From Malacoraja senta (Eukaryota), in contig JAXLNO010000161.1 of the NCBI GenBank assembly GCA_038087875.1, forward strand, positions 1 through 64,000: 64,000 bases of DNA, in the 5' to 3' direction. Each line of letters begins with the position of its first letter. The first letter of the stretch is position 1. The notes beneath the pieces were generated by a model, which saw only the letters and a list, made by a program, of their open reading frames with translations, was not told where the DNA came from and did not search any database. Positions 25,041 to 38,591 of the stretch are shown here, in pieces. Both the position numbers and the translations under genes were made by a program.

Positions 25041-25744
25041 CGTTTTCAAAAAAATCCAGATTGAAGGCTTTGAGGCAAAGTTTGCGGATGATACGAAAAT
25101 AGGTGTGTGAGTGTGTGTGTGTAGAGAAAGCAGGGACTCTGCAGTAGGACTGGGACAGGTTGGGAGAGTGGGCAGAGAAGTGTCAGATGGAATATTGTGC
25201 AGCAAAGTGTGGAGTCGTGCATTTTGGTCGTAGGAATAAAGGTGTAGACTGCTTTTCAAAATAGGGTGAAAATCCAGAAATCGGAGATACGATGGGAGTT
25301 GGGAGTATTGGTGCAGGATTCCCAAAAAGTTAATAGACAATATGTGCAGGAGTAGGCCATTCGGCCCTTCGAGCCAGCACCGCCATTCAATGTGATCATG
25401 GCTGATCATCCCCAATCAGTACCCCATTCTTGCCTTCGCCCCATATCCCCTGACTCCGCTATCTTTAAGAGCCCCACTAGGTGGGAGTGTTGCCCACAAA
25501 TTAACAGGGCTTGTAATTGCGGCAGGACACTGGGCGGGAGTGTTGACCAGGGAATAACAGGACTTGTCATTGTGCCACAAGGAGAGAGTCTACAGTTAAT
25601 GGCAAGACCCTGAACAGCATCGATCTACAGAGGGATCTTGGAGTCCAACTCCATGGCTCCCTGAAAGCGGCAACACAAGATGTTCTTGCCATGTTGCATA
25701 CGTTTTGAAAAACTTTGCTTTATATGTTGAATATGGAAATAACT

Positions 25745-26250
25745 TTTAGAGTCATAGATACAGCGTGGAAACAGGCCCTTCGGCAGATGCTGACCAACAT
25801 GTCCTATCGACACCAGTCCCACCTGCTCTCATTTGGCCCATATCCCTCCAAACCGGTCCTGAAAATGTATCTGTCTAACTGTTTCTTAAACATTATGAAA
25901 GTCCCTGCCTCAACTACCTCCTCCGGCAGCTCGTTCCATACACCCACCACCCTTTGTGTGAAGAAGTTGCCCCTCAGCTTCCTATTAAACTTTTCCCGTT
26001 CATATTGAACCTATGCCCCCTGGTCCTCGATTCCTCTACTCTGGGCAAGAGACTGTGCGTCTACCCGATCTATTCCTCTCATAATTTTGTACACCTCTAT
26101 AAGATCACCTCTCATCCTCCTGCGCTCCAAGGAATAGAGACCCAACCGACTCAACCTCTCCCTGTAGCTCACACCCTCTAGTCCTGGCAACATCCGCATA
26201 AATCCTCTCTGAACTCTTTCAAGCTTGACAATATCTTTCCAATAACATGG
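25745..26250 (-). mobile_element. CR1 3' fragment (second family)
   Basis: MLPGLEGVSYRERLSRLGLYSLERRRMRGDLIEVYKIM. Confidence 0.85.
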
Positions 26251-26427
26251 TACTAATTTTGTTAAATTATTTATTAGATAAATCAGCTTACTTTGACAAT
26301 CATGGGAACATCAGTTTATCTACATTAATGGTTTTTAAAACTGTATACAATTGCTGGGTGTTTTGATTATGTTAATATTCAAGAATAACTCCAGATGTCT
26401 TTATAAGTTTATAATTTTATAACTTTA

Positions 26428-29400
26428 CTAGACTAAGTGGGACCCGTTGGTCCCCCAACGCAATATTCCACCTCTCCACCAATTCCAATATTGGTGGCCA
26501 GTGGGGGGGGGGGGGGGGGCTTTCTGGAGCGCTAGTATGGGTATTGTGGACCGAAAGGGACTGGCTTGCAGAGGGCTAGTATGGACATTGTGGTCTGTAA
26601 AGAAGTTAAGTCTGACTCACTTGAGCTTTACTTAACGTTTAATGATAACACAGGTTAAACACGTTCCAGCACTAACTGCACCCAGTCTGTCATCATGCTG
26701 GAACCAGGGAGGAGCAAGAGAGAGAGAGAGTTCTTATACTTGATAACTGAGGCGTGGTTAGTAGTACTGAGGTAGCTATATTATTGGTTGCATGCATAAA
26801 CCATCTACATCCTTCCCCTTAGAAACCAAATACAATTGGAGCCGATTAAACATGCGAGTTTAAACAAAGTCACCGTAGCGGACAGGCGGCTTAACAATGC
26901 GACCCGAACGCGTGCGTACAGCGCCTCCCCCCCCCCCACATCGGAAAGAAGAGAAGGCGTAGCGGAGGCAGGCAAGAATGTTAAGGGAGCAGGAGACGCA
27001 GTCGGAGCTGGAGAGACAGGAGGAGGAGGACATGCAGGAGGTGAAGCAACCCGGCCAAAACCTGGCGGCAACGGAGGAGGCGAACGCAATAAGCGTGGGG
27101 ACTGGGTCATGCAGGGAGCAGCAGGGTGATCGGCAGCAGCAGGTAGGATCCGCAACGGAGGAGCATAAGGAGCCGCAGGTAGAGGCTTCAGCTCGTTCAC
27201 AGCCAACAGATGTTGACGGCTCCGCTGATAGACAGTCCCATCGTAATCCACCAGGTAGGATCTTGGAGAGTCGTCCACACCAACCACGGTCGCGAGGCGG
27301 GAATAGCCGGTTGTGGTCCGCATCCGAACGACCTGCCCAGGTAGTAGAGGCAGCAGAGGTCGGCAGGACCTGTCGTGGGAACGTCGTTGAACCTCATGCT
27401 TCTGTTCGATCCGTTGTTGGACAGTGGCAGGATTGAGCACTTTGGGTATCAGGGACTGCTGGGCGATTGGCATAGGTGGTCTTGTCATCCTTGACATCAG
27501 ACGCTGGGCAGGGGAACCCATGGTCGGGTCCCGGGAGATGTTACGTAGGTTGAGTAAGCCCAGGTAGAAATCGCAGTTAGACAGGCGGGACTGCTCCATC
27601 AGACCCTTAGCACTCCGCACGGCCCGTTCGGCCAGGCCGTTACTCTGAGGGTACTCAGGGCTGCTGATGTGGTGATGGAAGTTCCACCTGGCAGCGAAAG
27701 CTTTGAATTCGGCACTTGTAAATTGCCGGCCATTGTCGGTCTGCAAACGGACAGCAACCCCGAAGTTGGCGAAGTGCTCACGCATTTTGGTGATGACCAT
27801 CCCGGAGGTGACGGAAGGAAGGAGGTCCATCTCGAACCAGTTGGAGTATGAGTCCACCAGGACGATAAACTGCTTCCCCCGCCATTCGAATATGTCGGCA
27901 GCCAGCGATGTCCAGGGCATGGAGGGCGCCGGCTGCTACAAAAGAGGCTGACGCTGCTGGTGCGGAGTGAGGTTGTTGCAGGAGGCACAAGAGGATACAC
28001 GGTTCCTGATGTATTTGGCCATGCCAGGCCAGTAGAATTGTCCCTGGGCATGAGGAACAGTGGCCTCGACCCCAGGATGACCGCTGTGGGCTGCGCTGTA
28101 GTATAGATCGTTCAGAGAGGCTGGGACCACGACCTTGTGGCCTTTGACGATAACCCCATCCTGGATCACCAGCTCATCGCGGACCAGGAAGAACGGTTGG
28201 GCACCCGATGGCAAAGTGGTGCGTCTGTCGGGCCACCCACGCTTGATGATGGCTGCCAGCTGCTGCAAAGCAGGGTCAGCGGCGGTGTGCTCGATCAGGC
28301 ACTGCAGCTGCTTAGTAGGGACAAAGTTGACGTTCAGTACCAATAGGTCTTCCTGCTCGTAAGGGTGGCGGTCACAGGATGCCCGTGGGGCCCGAGAAAG
28401 TGTATCAGCCACATGCATCTCCGTGCCCTTCTTGTATACGATTTCGAAATCAAAACACTGGAGTTGCAGCATCATACGCTGTAGTCTGGCAGGGGCAACA
28501 TGTATCGGCTTGTTAAGAATAGTTACCAGTGGCTGGTGGTCGGTTTCGACTGTGAATCTGCAGCCGAAGAGGAAGTCTTTGAATTTTGAACAAGCAAACA
28601 CCGCAGCCAGGAGCTCCTTCTCGATCTGAGCATACCGTTGCTCCATGTCGGTCATTGTCCGCGAGGCATACGAGACCGGTAGTAGTGAGCCGTCATTGTA
28701 GAGCTGCAGGCAATCAACACCCAGTCCGAAACGAGAGGCATCACAGGTAACAACAATGGGACGGCGCAGGTCGAAGAATTTGAGTGTCGGGGTGCTGGTC
28801 AGCATAGACTTCAGACATTCGAAAGCCTGCTGGTGTTGTGGGAACCAGGACCAGGCAGTGTCTTTTTTAGTTAGCTGCCTTAGAGAAGTGAAGATGTGCC
28901 CGACGTACGGCACTTTGGAGACGCGGAATCGGCATTTTTTTCCGTTCAGTTTTAAATTGATCTGCCGGGCCCGGTCCAGGACTCGGCGGAGGTTCTTGTC
29001 ATGTTCGGCGGTATTCTCCCCGTAGACTAGGATGTCATCCACGATGATGGCGCACGGCATGCCAGCGAACAGCTGTTCCATGGATCGCTGAAACACCTCA
29101 CTGGCAGAGTTAATTCCGAATGGCATCCGTAGAAACTTGAATCTGCCATGAGGAGTGGCGAACGTTGTCAGGACGGAGGAGCGTCTATCGAGTGGTATTT
29201 GCCAGAAGGAACTTTTGGCATCAAGGACAGAGAATACCGTGGCCTGGCCGACTTGAGCTGCAACATCTTCCACGGTTCTCATGGGGTAGTGTGGTCGCCT
29301 GATCGCGAGGTTCAGGTCTTTGGGATTAATACACACCCGTATCTCGTTCTTGACCTTTTTCAGGGTTGCAACCATGGTGGAGACCCACTCGGTGGGCTCG

Positions 29401-31961
29401 CTAACTGCTTCCAGCACCCCCATTGCGACCATGCTCTTCAGCATCGATTCCACCTTGTCCTTTAAAGCGAGGGATACTCTGTGTGGTGCACGGACCACAG
29501 GCACCACCTTCGGGTCGGTGGCGATCTTGTAGACGAAAGGCAGTTTGCCCAGCTCATTATCAAACAGGTCCGGGTACTCAGATATCGGATCCATCAGCAC
29601 CTGTACTTCATGGACAGTACGGTCGAAGGACACTAGTCCCAGGTCCTGGCACACCTGGTTGCCCAACAGAGTCACACAATCAGAGTCAAGAACATAGAAC
29701 ATGAGAGGCCGCGATGACTTTTTCAGCACACAATTAAAGGTGGCCTTTCCCACAGGTTTCAGCACCTCGCCCCCATAAGCACGTAAAGTCGAACGGTCTG
29801 AAATCAGTAGCTCATTCTGCCTAATCTTTCTGAACAGGCTTGTTGACATAACATTGACCTTTGCCCCCGTGTCGAGCTTAGCTGAGAAAGAACAGTTGTT
29901 GACAGTACCGAGGACCGATGGATCGGGGAGGCGAGCAGGTGCGTGTAGGAGTGTAAATACACTAGCATCTCCTTGAGAACTAATTGGCTCAGAGTCGTGG
30001 GCAGTGTCGAGAGAGGACTGGGAACCAAACTCGCTATCAACTTGTGCCAGGTTGGTTAATACTTGTCTAGAAGCAGGTGGTAAGTTCCCAAGGGAACGGC
30101 AAACCGCCGAGAAGTGATTCAATTTCTTGCAGAAATTACATGATTTTCCGTAGGCCGGGCACTGCGACTGCATCGAATGTACATAATTGCAATCAGGGCA
30201 CCTTTTAACGACCCGTCCTCCGGGGACGTAGCCTGCCCGCGGCGCGGGTCTAGAGTTGTCTATTTTAGGTCAAGGTCTGTTGAGACCAGTTAAGTTGACC
30301 GATCGACCAACAGCGTCCCGTTGTCCGAACAACGGGTCAACGACTTCAGCCAACCTGCATGCATGCATTGCGTCGGTCAGAGTAAGATCTGGGCTTCTTA
30401 ATAGCTCCGATCGCAATTTCTGATCCAGCATACCTGTCACTAGAATGTCCCTGGTAAGCTGGTCAGTCATGTTTTCAAATTGTCACCTCTGGGCGAGATA
30501 GCGCAGATCCGCAATAAAGCATTCAACATGTTCATCAGGCTGTTGCTTCCTCGTAAAAAAACTTGGCTCGCTCTAAAATGCGGTTAGAGGGCAAGTCGCA
30601 AATTTCGGCAAACTTTCGCAGTAGACATACCGGATCGTTGGCAGACTCCGCAGGTACTTGAACCTGATCGTTTTCAAACCGGACCGCGGGATCATAGGCG
30701 AAGGCGCGTGCTCTCCTCATGGCATCCGGACCAGCAAGGTTCAGTAGGAGAGAAGCTTTAACAATGTCGGGATCGTTGCGATGAACGATATTAATGTAAT
30801 GTGTGGTCCATTTCATAAGTCGCCCAGCGCTCCGCTATGTCAGCATCAAAGACTAGAGGCGAGGGTTTGCTGCACGAGGATGCCACGGCAAAAGGTACAA
30901 AACTCCGATAAAGCAACACTTTCAAAGAAATAAAAACCGATAAACAGGAGGCGCGCGTTTTTACATGCGACACCATGTAAAGAAGTTAAGTCTGACTCAC
31001 TTGTAGCTTTACTTAACGTTTAATGATAACACAGGTTAAACACGTTCCAGCACTAACTGCGCCCAGTCTGTCATCATGCTGGAACCAGGGAGGAGCAAGA
31101 GAGAGAGAGAGAGTTCTTATACTTGATAACTGAGGCGTGGTTAGTACTACTGAAGTAGCTATATTATTGGTTGCATGCATAAACCATCTAACCATCAATG
31201 CATAAACCATCTATATAAACCATGGATTCTTGGGCTCACAGCTCAGTCACTCAGGCCTGGCAGCTCAGTCACTCAGGCCTGGTGGGCTGGCAGCTCAGTC
31301 ACTCAGGGCTGGTGTGCTGGTCGGCTGGCAGCTCAGTCACTCAGGCCTGGTGGGCTGGCAGCTCAGTCACTCGGGCCTGGTGGGCTGGCAGCTCAGAAAC
31401 TGCCAGAAATTCTGCCCAAAACAGGTGAGACTCTGTGAGAGAGAAGGGGGAGAGGGTGGAGAATCAATTTTAGACATTTTTCATCTTTTTCTACAGATCA
31501 CAGCATTGAAGGAGGAAAGTCTATCCTCGCGTGGATCTCACAGGTAGCCAATGAAGGGAGGGAGAAAAATACTGGGGTGAGGTTTAATATTTACAAGGGG
31601 AATACTTACTGATGGTCCAAAGGGACTCCTCCTGGGCTAATACAGGACTGATGGGCTGAAGGGACAAAAAAAGAGTGACATCTCAGTGAAAGGCGCTATT
31701 TCTGGACTTTACCTGGCCTGGCATGGGGCATTTGGGCCAAAATGCTCCTCCTGGGCTAATACAGGCATTTTGGGCAAAAGGGACTGGTTTCTGGGCTAAT
31801 ATGGGCCTAGTGGGCCGAAATGAATGGTGTCAGGTAGGCCAAATGTGGGCTGGCATTTGACTCACTCACTCACGGCTGGTGGGCTGGCAGTTCCCTCACT
31901 CACTCATGGTTGATGGGCTGGCAGTTGACTCACGGCTGGTTTGCTCACACACCCCCTCCAT

Positions 31962-31995
<34 letters not shown>

Positions 31996-32088
31996 GCCAC
32001 ACACACACAGACACCCTCCATCTCACACACACACACTCACAGCCACCCTCCATCCCACACACACACACTGACTCACACACACACAGCA
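26428..32088 (-). mobile_element. Helitron-like element split by the gypsy insertion; minisatellite 31235-31395 and (CA)n 31960-32085
   Basis: 3' end GGGTCCCACTTAGTCTAG|T on the minus strand at 26428; 26450-26595 plus 31222-31260 are collinear with 255-440. 5' boundary uncertain. Confidence 0.55.
26596..31190 (-). mobile_element. Near full-length Ty3/gypsy LTR retrotransposon (copy C), defective
   Basis: LTRs 30976-31190 and 26596-26809 differ at only a few sites; PPT AAGGGGAAGGA; frameshifted gag with CCHC; order PR (LDTGA)-RT (VDDIL)-RH-INT; in-frame 48-aa RT deletion; TAG at 27938-27936. Confidence 0.97.
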
Positions 32089-32194
32089 TTTATATATGAT
32101 AGTAAAACTCTCTTGAATCTACTCACGCGTCTCAGCGCGGCCTCTCCACTAAACGTGACTTCCGGAGTGAGCGGGACCTTTGGATCAAGCAGAG

Positions 32195-32560
32195 TGGGGG
32201 CCAACAATTCAATCCATTGCATTTCAAGTCAAGCTGAGTGCGGGCCAACAATTCAATCCATTGCATTTCAGGTCAAGCAGAGTGCAGGGCCAACTATTCA
32301 ATCCATTGTATTTCAAGTCAAGCAGAGTACAGGGCCAACAATTCAATCCATTGCAGTTCAAGTTGAACAGAGTACAGGGCTAACAATTCAATCCATTCCG
32401 TTTCAAGTCAAGCAGAGTGCAGGACTAACAAATCGTTTATTGCAAGCACACTGCGGGCTAACAAATCGTTTATTGCAAGGACATTGCGGGCGAACAAATC
32501 GTTTATTGCAAGCACATTGCGGGCTAACAAATTGTTTATTGCAAGCACATTGTGGGCTAA
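32195..32560 (+). repeat. Compound minisatellite (45-bp then 30-bp units)
   Basis: GGGCCAACAATTCAATCCATTGCATTTCAAGTCAAGCAGAGTGCA x5, then GGGCTAACAAATCGTTTATTGCAAGCACATT x4-5. Confidence 0.9.
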
Positions 32561-32729
32561 CGTCATTTATTCCAAGCACATTGCAGATTCACAGTTCAGT
32601 TGACTCACGGCGTAGAATCACAGTTCTGGACTCTCTCTCACGATCTTCCACAGTGACTGACTCACGTCCGGCCTCCGGGGCTTTATACTCCTGCACCCCC
32701 TGGAAGGGGCGTTACCTTCCTCATGATCT

Positions 32730-33400
32730 GAGAGATTGTAAGGGTAAAAAGATACTAATGGGAGTTATTTACAGGCTTCCAAACAGAAATCACGATATAG
32801 GATACCTGTTACACCAGGAGATACAATTGGCATCTAAGAAAGGTGGGTCAGGGGAGATTTCAATATGCAGGTAGACTGGGAAATTCAGATTGATACCGGA
32901 CCCTAAGAAATGAAATTTGAAGGGTGCCTCCGAGTGGATTCTTGTAATGGAGGCGACCCGGAAAAAGGCAATTCTGGATTTAGTGTTGTGTGATGAACCG
33001 GATTTGATAAGGGAAGTTGAGATAAAGGAACCACTGGGAGGTAGCTACCACAATATGATCAGTTTGAAATCTGTAATTTGAGAGGGAGAAGGTGAGATCG
33101 GATGCGTCGGTATTGGAACTGAGCAAAGGAGACCGCAGAGGAACGAGTGAGGAGCTGGCTAAAGATGACTGGAAAGGGACCCTGGAAGGGATGACGGTGG
33201 AAGAGCAATGGCAGGAATGTCTGGTGGGAATAATTCGGAAGAATCCGGATGATTTCATTCCAAAGAGGAAGAAAGATTCTAGGGGGAGAAAGAAGCCAGT
33301 GTGACTGAGAAGAAAAGTCAACGACAGTTTTAAACTGAAAGAGACGGCATAATTACAAAGATTAGTGGGAATCAGAGTACTGGGAAGCTTTTAAAGAACA
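32730..33400 (+). mobile_element. Degenerate CR1 endonuclease/tether fragment, cut at 33401 by a Helitron-type end
   Basis: GKKILMGVIYRLPN, AILDLVLCDEPDLI, DWKGTLEGMTVEEQW. Confidence 0.75.
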
Positions 33401-34796
33401 ACTAGATCAAGTGCAGACCCATTGAGTCGGTTTCCTCGACGCGCGTTTGCGGGGGGGGGGGGATGATGCGGCTACACACGCACACTAACCACGCCGCACA
33501 CACACACACTAACCCCCCCTTAATATTATATATATATTATTCATTTGCTCCTTTTACCCCATCCCCCGCCCTATCAACTCACGCATAACCTCCAACTGTG
33601 CAGGAGCGGCTAGAGAGCGAGGAGGGGTGGAGGGGGCCTGCAGCGTCACAAACACACATGGGGGAGAGGGGTGAGAGTGGGGGAGACGGGCGGAGGGGGA
33701 CGGGAGAGGGAGGAGGGGGGGGAGATAGGAGGGGGAGAGAGAGGAAGGGGAGAAGGGGGTAGAGAGTGGGGAGGGGGTCCCGTACTTTCAACGTGGGGGG
33801 GAGAGAGGTTGGGGTGGCTTGCGGCGTCACATACACACTAATCACCCCTCATACACACACACACTAACCACCCCCTATATACACACTAACCACCCCCTAG
33901 ATATTATATCAATATTATTAATTCACTCCTTTTACCCCATCCCCACCCTATCCACTCATGCATAGCCTCCCTCACAGGCACAGCTAGAGAGGGAGAGGGA
34001 GGGGGTGGGGTAGAGCGAGGGGGGGCAGAGACACAAAGAGATGGGCAGAGAAAATAACATGTCCAAAAAGGACAATTTAATCTTTTGTAGATATTTATAA
34101 CCTAAAGACAATTTTATATTTCAATCCAATTTCAATTAAAAAGACATTGTGCTATGTACCAATCTGGCTGTATTTTGGCACCTTCCACTCGTGCTTCCTC
34201 CTCTTGTGCCCTTCAGCTCATTATTGCTTCTTGACGTCTCTTTTTGTTGTTCCTTGACCATCCAGCAACTCGATTGCTCCCATTTCTTTGCATGATGTAA
34301 AAAAGGAGAAAGATATATATAACAATGTAGATAATCATAAACTTGTAAAGACGAATTTTATCTATTATAGACATTTTTTTTTATTTTTTATTTTTTATTT
34401 TTATTTATTAGAAGTACATTACATTACAACCACATACATTAATACTCGTCATTTATATCTTCTTACAATTAATGTACTCCCTTTATTTATTTTTTTACAC
34501 TAGAGAAAGAAAAGATTGAAAGAGAGAAGAAAGTGAAGGAAAAAGTGCAAGTGTAGAAAAGTGTAGAAAATGTAACAACAAAAAAGGACGAAGACCCTAT
34601 AAGAGCGAAATTAAAAACAAAAAGAAAAAGAGTTAAGAAATAGGCCCTAAGAAAAGAAAAGAGAAAGAGAAAAAAAGAGAAACAAATGTTTTTTTTTTTT
34701 TTGAGCATCACGTAAATAGGACATACCAACTCTTCAACTATCATCCCCCCTTACCCGACCTCAATTTTTTATTTTTTTTTAAAGTACTTTTGCACC

Positions 34797-37700
34797 CTAT
34801 GTTTGTAATAATTCTATAAATGCAGACCACGTCAGGTGGAAGTGATCTGGTTTACCTGCTAGGAGGAGTCTTATCTCTTCAAGGTGTAATGTTTCAAACA
34901 TATACATATTTGAAATCCACATATTTATAGTTGGTATTGGAGCCTTCTTCCAAAATTTTAGAATTAGCTTTTTTCCAGTTATTAACCCATAATCCATTAA
35001 TTTCTTTTGAAACACATTTAGTTCTGGATCATCTTCCGTTATTCCGAAGATAATCCATTCTGCTTTGGGTATCAGTCTTGTTTTAAATAACTTTGTAAAG
35101 ATTTCAAAAATTTCATTCCAAAATTTTTGAATTTTTGTACAGAAGACAAATGAGTGCGCTATAGTTGCTTCTTGGGATTGACATTTATCACAAATAGATG
35201 ATACGTTTGGGAAAATTTTATGAATTTTAGTTTTCGAATAATATAATCTATGTAAAATTTTAAATTGTATTAAAGTGTGTCTTACATTAATCGAGCATTT
35301 ATGCACTTTTAATAAGTATTCATTCCAACTTTCCTTTGAAATTTTAATAGCTAACTCTTGTTCCCAGTCTCTTCTGATACCCTCCGTAGATGGTATTTGT
35401 GCATTTAAGATAATATTGTACAAATATGATATTAAGTTTGCTGATTCCGCTTTTATCTGCATTGCCTCGTCCAGTACATCTGCTGGGTTATTATGATGAT
35501 CTTTTATATATTTTTTCAAATAGTCGCATATTTGAAAGTATTTAAAATATTGATTATTTCCGAGTTTATATTTTATTTGTAATTGTTGAAATGAAAGTAA
35601 TTTTCCAGTTTCATACAAGTCACCAAGCGTTTTAATTCCTAGTCTATCCCATTGTGTATAAGCTTTATCTATAATAGAAGGACTAAACGAAGGGTTATTG
35701 ACTATAGGTAATAAAAGTGATAAGTTTCTTAATTTTAAATTTTGTTTTATTTGTTTCCAAATACGGATTGTACTATGAATAATTGGGTTCTTATTATAGT
35801 TTATGTTATTCAATTTCATTGGAGAGAGGAGGATCGCTCCAATGTTTCTAGAGGAGCAATCCTCTTTCTCCATTACAATCCAGTCTACTTGCTGGGCGGA
35901 GTTATCCATCAGTTGAATCATGTTTTTAATATTTACTGACCAATAATAATACATAAAATTAGGTAGTGCTAGACCCCCCAATACTTTAGATTTATTCAGA
36001 TGGGTTTTTTGTATTCTATGTGATTTATAGTCCCATATAAAATTAGTGATATCTGAGTCGAGTTTTTTAAAAAACTTCTTAGGTAAGTATATAGGAATTG
36101 ATTGAAATAGGTATAAAATTTGTGGTAAAAAGATCATTTTTATTGCGTTTATTCGGCCTATTAAAGACATCGGAAGCGTTTTCCAGAATTTAATTAATGT
36201 ATTCAGTTTATTAAGTAGGGGGTCAAAATTTGCCCTGAGCATACCTTGATATGCTCTGGTAATTTCGATTCCCAAATATTTAAATTTTTCTGTAGCTATT
36301 TTAAAAGGGAATTTTAAAAGATGTGTTGAATCTTTCGGTTTTATTGACATAATTTCACTTTTATTCCAATTTATTCTATATCCAGAAAAAGATCCGAAGT
36401 CTTCAATTAAATTTAATATATTTGGTATAGTGATTTGAGGTTTTGTAATATACAATAATATATCATCCGCGTATAAAGATATTTTATTATATGAGTCTTT
36501 AGTATTATATCCATGAATATCAGGGTGTATTCTAATTTTTTCTGCTAGCGGTTCAATAATGAGAGCAAACAGCTGTGGTGATAATGAGCATCCTTGTCTA
36601 TTTCCCCTTGATAGTTGAAATTTCGAGGATAATATGTTATTAGTAAGTATTCTAGCTGTAGGTTTGTTATATAGTAACTTAATCCATAAAATAAAATTCT
36701 CTCCCAGTTGAAATTTTTGTAATACTTTATCCATATAATTCCATTCTACTTGATCAAATGCTTTTTCAGCATCCAGCGAAATAATTGATAATTCTTGATC
36801 TTCAGATTTGTGTGAGTGCATTATGTTGAGTAGACGTCTCATATTATTAGAAGAGTATCTCTTAGGGATAAACCCTGTCTGATCTGGGTTTATTAATTTA
36901 CTAATGTATTTACTTAATCTTCTGGCTAATGTTTTCGCTAATATTTTTTGATCTGTGTTTAACAATGCTATAGCTCTATATGAGCCAGGTTCTTCTAAAT
37001 CCTTATTTTTCTTAGGTATTAATGTAATCGTTGATTCCGCTAATGTATCAGGTAGTATTCGTTTTTTAAAAGCGTATTGGTACATTTTTTGTAATCTTGG
37101 TATTATTTTATCATAAAAGCTTTTATAAAATTCATTAGTAAATCCATCAGGGCCTGGTATTTTTCCATTTTTTAGTGAGTTTATTGTATCTTCTAATTCC
37201 TTAATTGAGATTTGTGCACCCAGTTCCTCTTGTTCCTTCAGCTCTAACTTTGGAAGATTACAGGTATCCAAGAACTTTGTGATATTATTGGAATCAATTA
37301 TCGTTTTAGATGTATACAAATTCTCGTAAAATTGCGCAAATCTTTTATTAATATCCTTCGGTGTTGTTAATAATTCCCCTTTATCTGATTTGATCTTTGG
37401 TATAGTATGTTCCTTTTCTCGTTTTTTTAGCTGGCGAGCCAAAAGTTTATGCGGTTTATCCCCAAATTCAAAGTGCTCTTGTTTTGTAATTTGAAAAAGT
37501 CTTATAAGTTTGGCAGATAATAATTTATTTAATTTAAATTTTAAAATTATTATTTTATTATGTTTATCTATTGATGGATCTTTAGCATTATGTATATCCA
37601 TTTGTCTAATAAGTTCTTCTAACTGTCTTTGTTCATTCTTATTCTTTTTATTTTGAAAAGCTTGATATGAAATTATAATACCCCTAATGTATGCTTTAAA

Positions 37701-38591
37701 AGATTCCCAAAGTAAAGTAGGCGATATATCTGAAGTATCATTTGTTTGAAAAAAGACCTCCATTTGTTCTTTTAAATATATACTCGCTTGTGGATCTTTT
37801 AAAATTTGAGAGTTAAATCTCCAGAATGAATTATTCTTAGACAATCCTTCCAGTTTTAAAAAGAAAGTTAGTGGAGAATGGTCTGAAATTGAATTTGTAT
37901 GGTATATTGCATTAGATGTTTGGGGGATTAATTTTGTATCCAGCAGAAAGTAGTCTATACGTGAGTATGTCTTATGTACCATTGAGTAAAACAAATATTC
38001 CCTGCCAGTTGGATTCACAATTCTCCAAACATCTGCTATATTAGTGTTATTTATGTAGGTATTGAGGAGTTCCCCAGTTTTCGATTTCATATTCCCTCTC
38101 TGTTTTTGACTTGATTTATCTAAGTACGGATCTAAAACACAGTTAAAGTCTCCGCCTATTATAACATTTTGATAGTTTGACTCTGCAATTATATTGAAGA
38201 TTTTATTGAAAAAGTGGGGGTTATCAAAGTTAGGGGCATATATATTTACCAAAGTAAGTGGAGTGTCATGGATTTCTCCATTAACTATTAGGTATCTCCC
38301 TTCTATATCTGTTATAATATTCTTTGCTTTAAATGGTATACCTTTTCTTATGATAATTGACGTGCCTCTAGATTTTGAAGTGAATGAAGAGTGGTATGTT
38401 TGACCTATCCATTTCGCCCTCAGCCTAACTTGGTCCTGAGGTTTTAGGTGTGTTTCTTGTAGGAAGGTAATGTCAGAATTATACATTTTTAGCTGAGCTA
38501 ATATCTTACCCCTTTTGATAGGTTCGTTAATACCTCTTATATTCCAACTACAAAATGAGATTCCTCCTAGGTTCTTTTTGTGTGGTGTCAT
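34797..38591 (-). CDS. L1 ORF2p (APE endonuclease, RT, C-terminal CCHC), 1264 aa, uninterrupted
   Basis: SWNIRG, LQETH, GGDFN, RIDY, SDH; DAEKAFD, RQGCSLSP, YADD; CDKC...HSFVFC. Confidence 0.97.
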   Translation of the reverse strand: MTPHKKNLGGISFCSWNIRGINEPIKRGKILAQLKMYNSDITFLQETHLKPQDQVRLRAKWIGQTYHSSFTSKSRGTSIIIRKGIPFKAKNIITDIEGRYLIVNGEIHDTPLTLVNIYAPNFDNPHFFNKIFNIIAESNYQNVIIGGDFNCVLDPYLDKSSQKQRGNMKSKTGELLNTYINNTNIADVWRIVNPTGREYLFYSMVHKTYSRIDYFLLDTKLIPQTSNAIYHTNSISDHSPLTFFLKLEGLSKNNSFWRFNSQILKDPQASIYLKEQMEVFFQTNDTSDISPTLLWESFKAYIRGIIISYQAFQNKKNKNEQRQLEELIRQMDIHNAKDPSIDKHNKIIILKFKLNKLLSAKLIRLFQITKQEHFEFGDKPHKLLARQLKKREKEHTIPKIKSDKGELLTTPKDINKRFAQFYENLYTSKTIIDSNNITKFLDTCNLPKLELKEQEELGAQISIKELEDTINSLKNGKIPGPDGFTNEFYKSFYDKIIPRLQKMYQYAFKKRILPDTLAESTITLIPKKNKDLEEPGSYRAIALLNTDQKILAKTLARRLSKYISKLINPDQTGFIPKRYSSNNMRRLLNIMHSHKSEDQELSIISLDAEKAFDQVEWNYMDKVLQKFQLGENFILWIKLLYNKPTARILTNNILSSKFQLSRGNRQGCSLSPQLFALIIEPLAEKIRIHPDIHGYNTKDSYNKISLYADDILLYITKPQITIPNILNLIEDFGSFSGYRINWNKSEIMSIKPKDSTHLLKFPFKIATEKFKYLGIEITRAYQGMLRANFDPLLNKLNTLIKFWKTLPMSLIGRINAIKMIFLPQILYLFQSIPIYLPKKFFKKLDSDITNFIWDYKSHRIQKTHLNKSKVLGGLALPNFMYYYWSVNIKNMIQLMDNSAQQVDWIVMEKEDCSSRNIGAILLSPMKLNNINYNKNPIIHSTIRIWKQIKQNLKLRNLSLLLPIVNNPSFSPSIIDKAYTQWDRLGIKTLGDLYETGKLLSFQQLQIKYKLGNNQYFKYFQICDYLKKYIKDHHNNPADVLDEAMQIKAESANLISYLYNIILNAQIPSTEGIRRDWEQELAIKISKESWNEYLLKVHKCSINVRHTLIQFKILHRLYYSKTKIHKIFPNVSSICDKCQSQEATIAHSFVFCTKIQKFWNEIFEIFTKLFKTRLIPKAEWIIFGITEDDPELNVFQKKLMDYGLITGKKLILKFWKKAPIPTINMWISNMYMFETLHLEEIRLLLAGKPDHFHLTWSAFIELLQT

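Noticed and set aside
31879..32874. 331-aa ORF with repeated peptides
   Set aside because: Runs through (CA)n and minisatellites whose unit lengths are multiples of 3, then into CR1; no domain.
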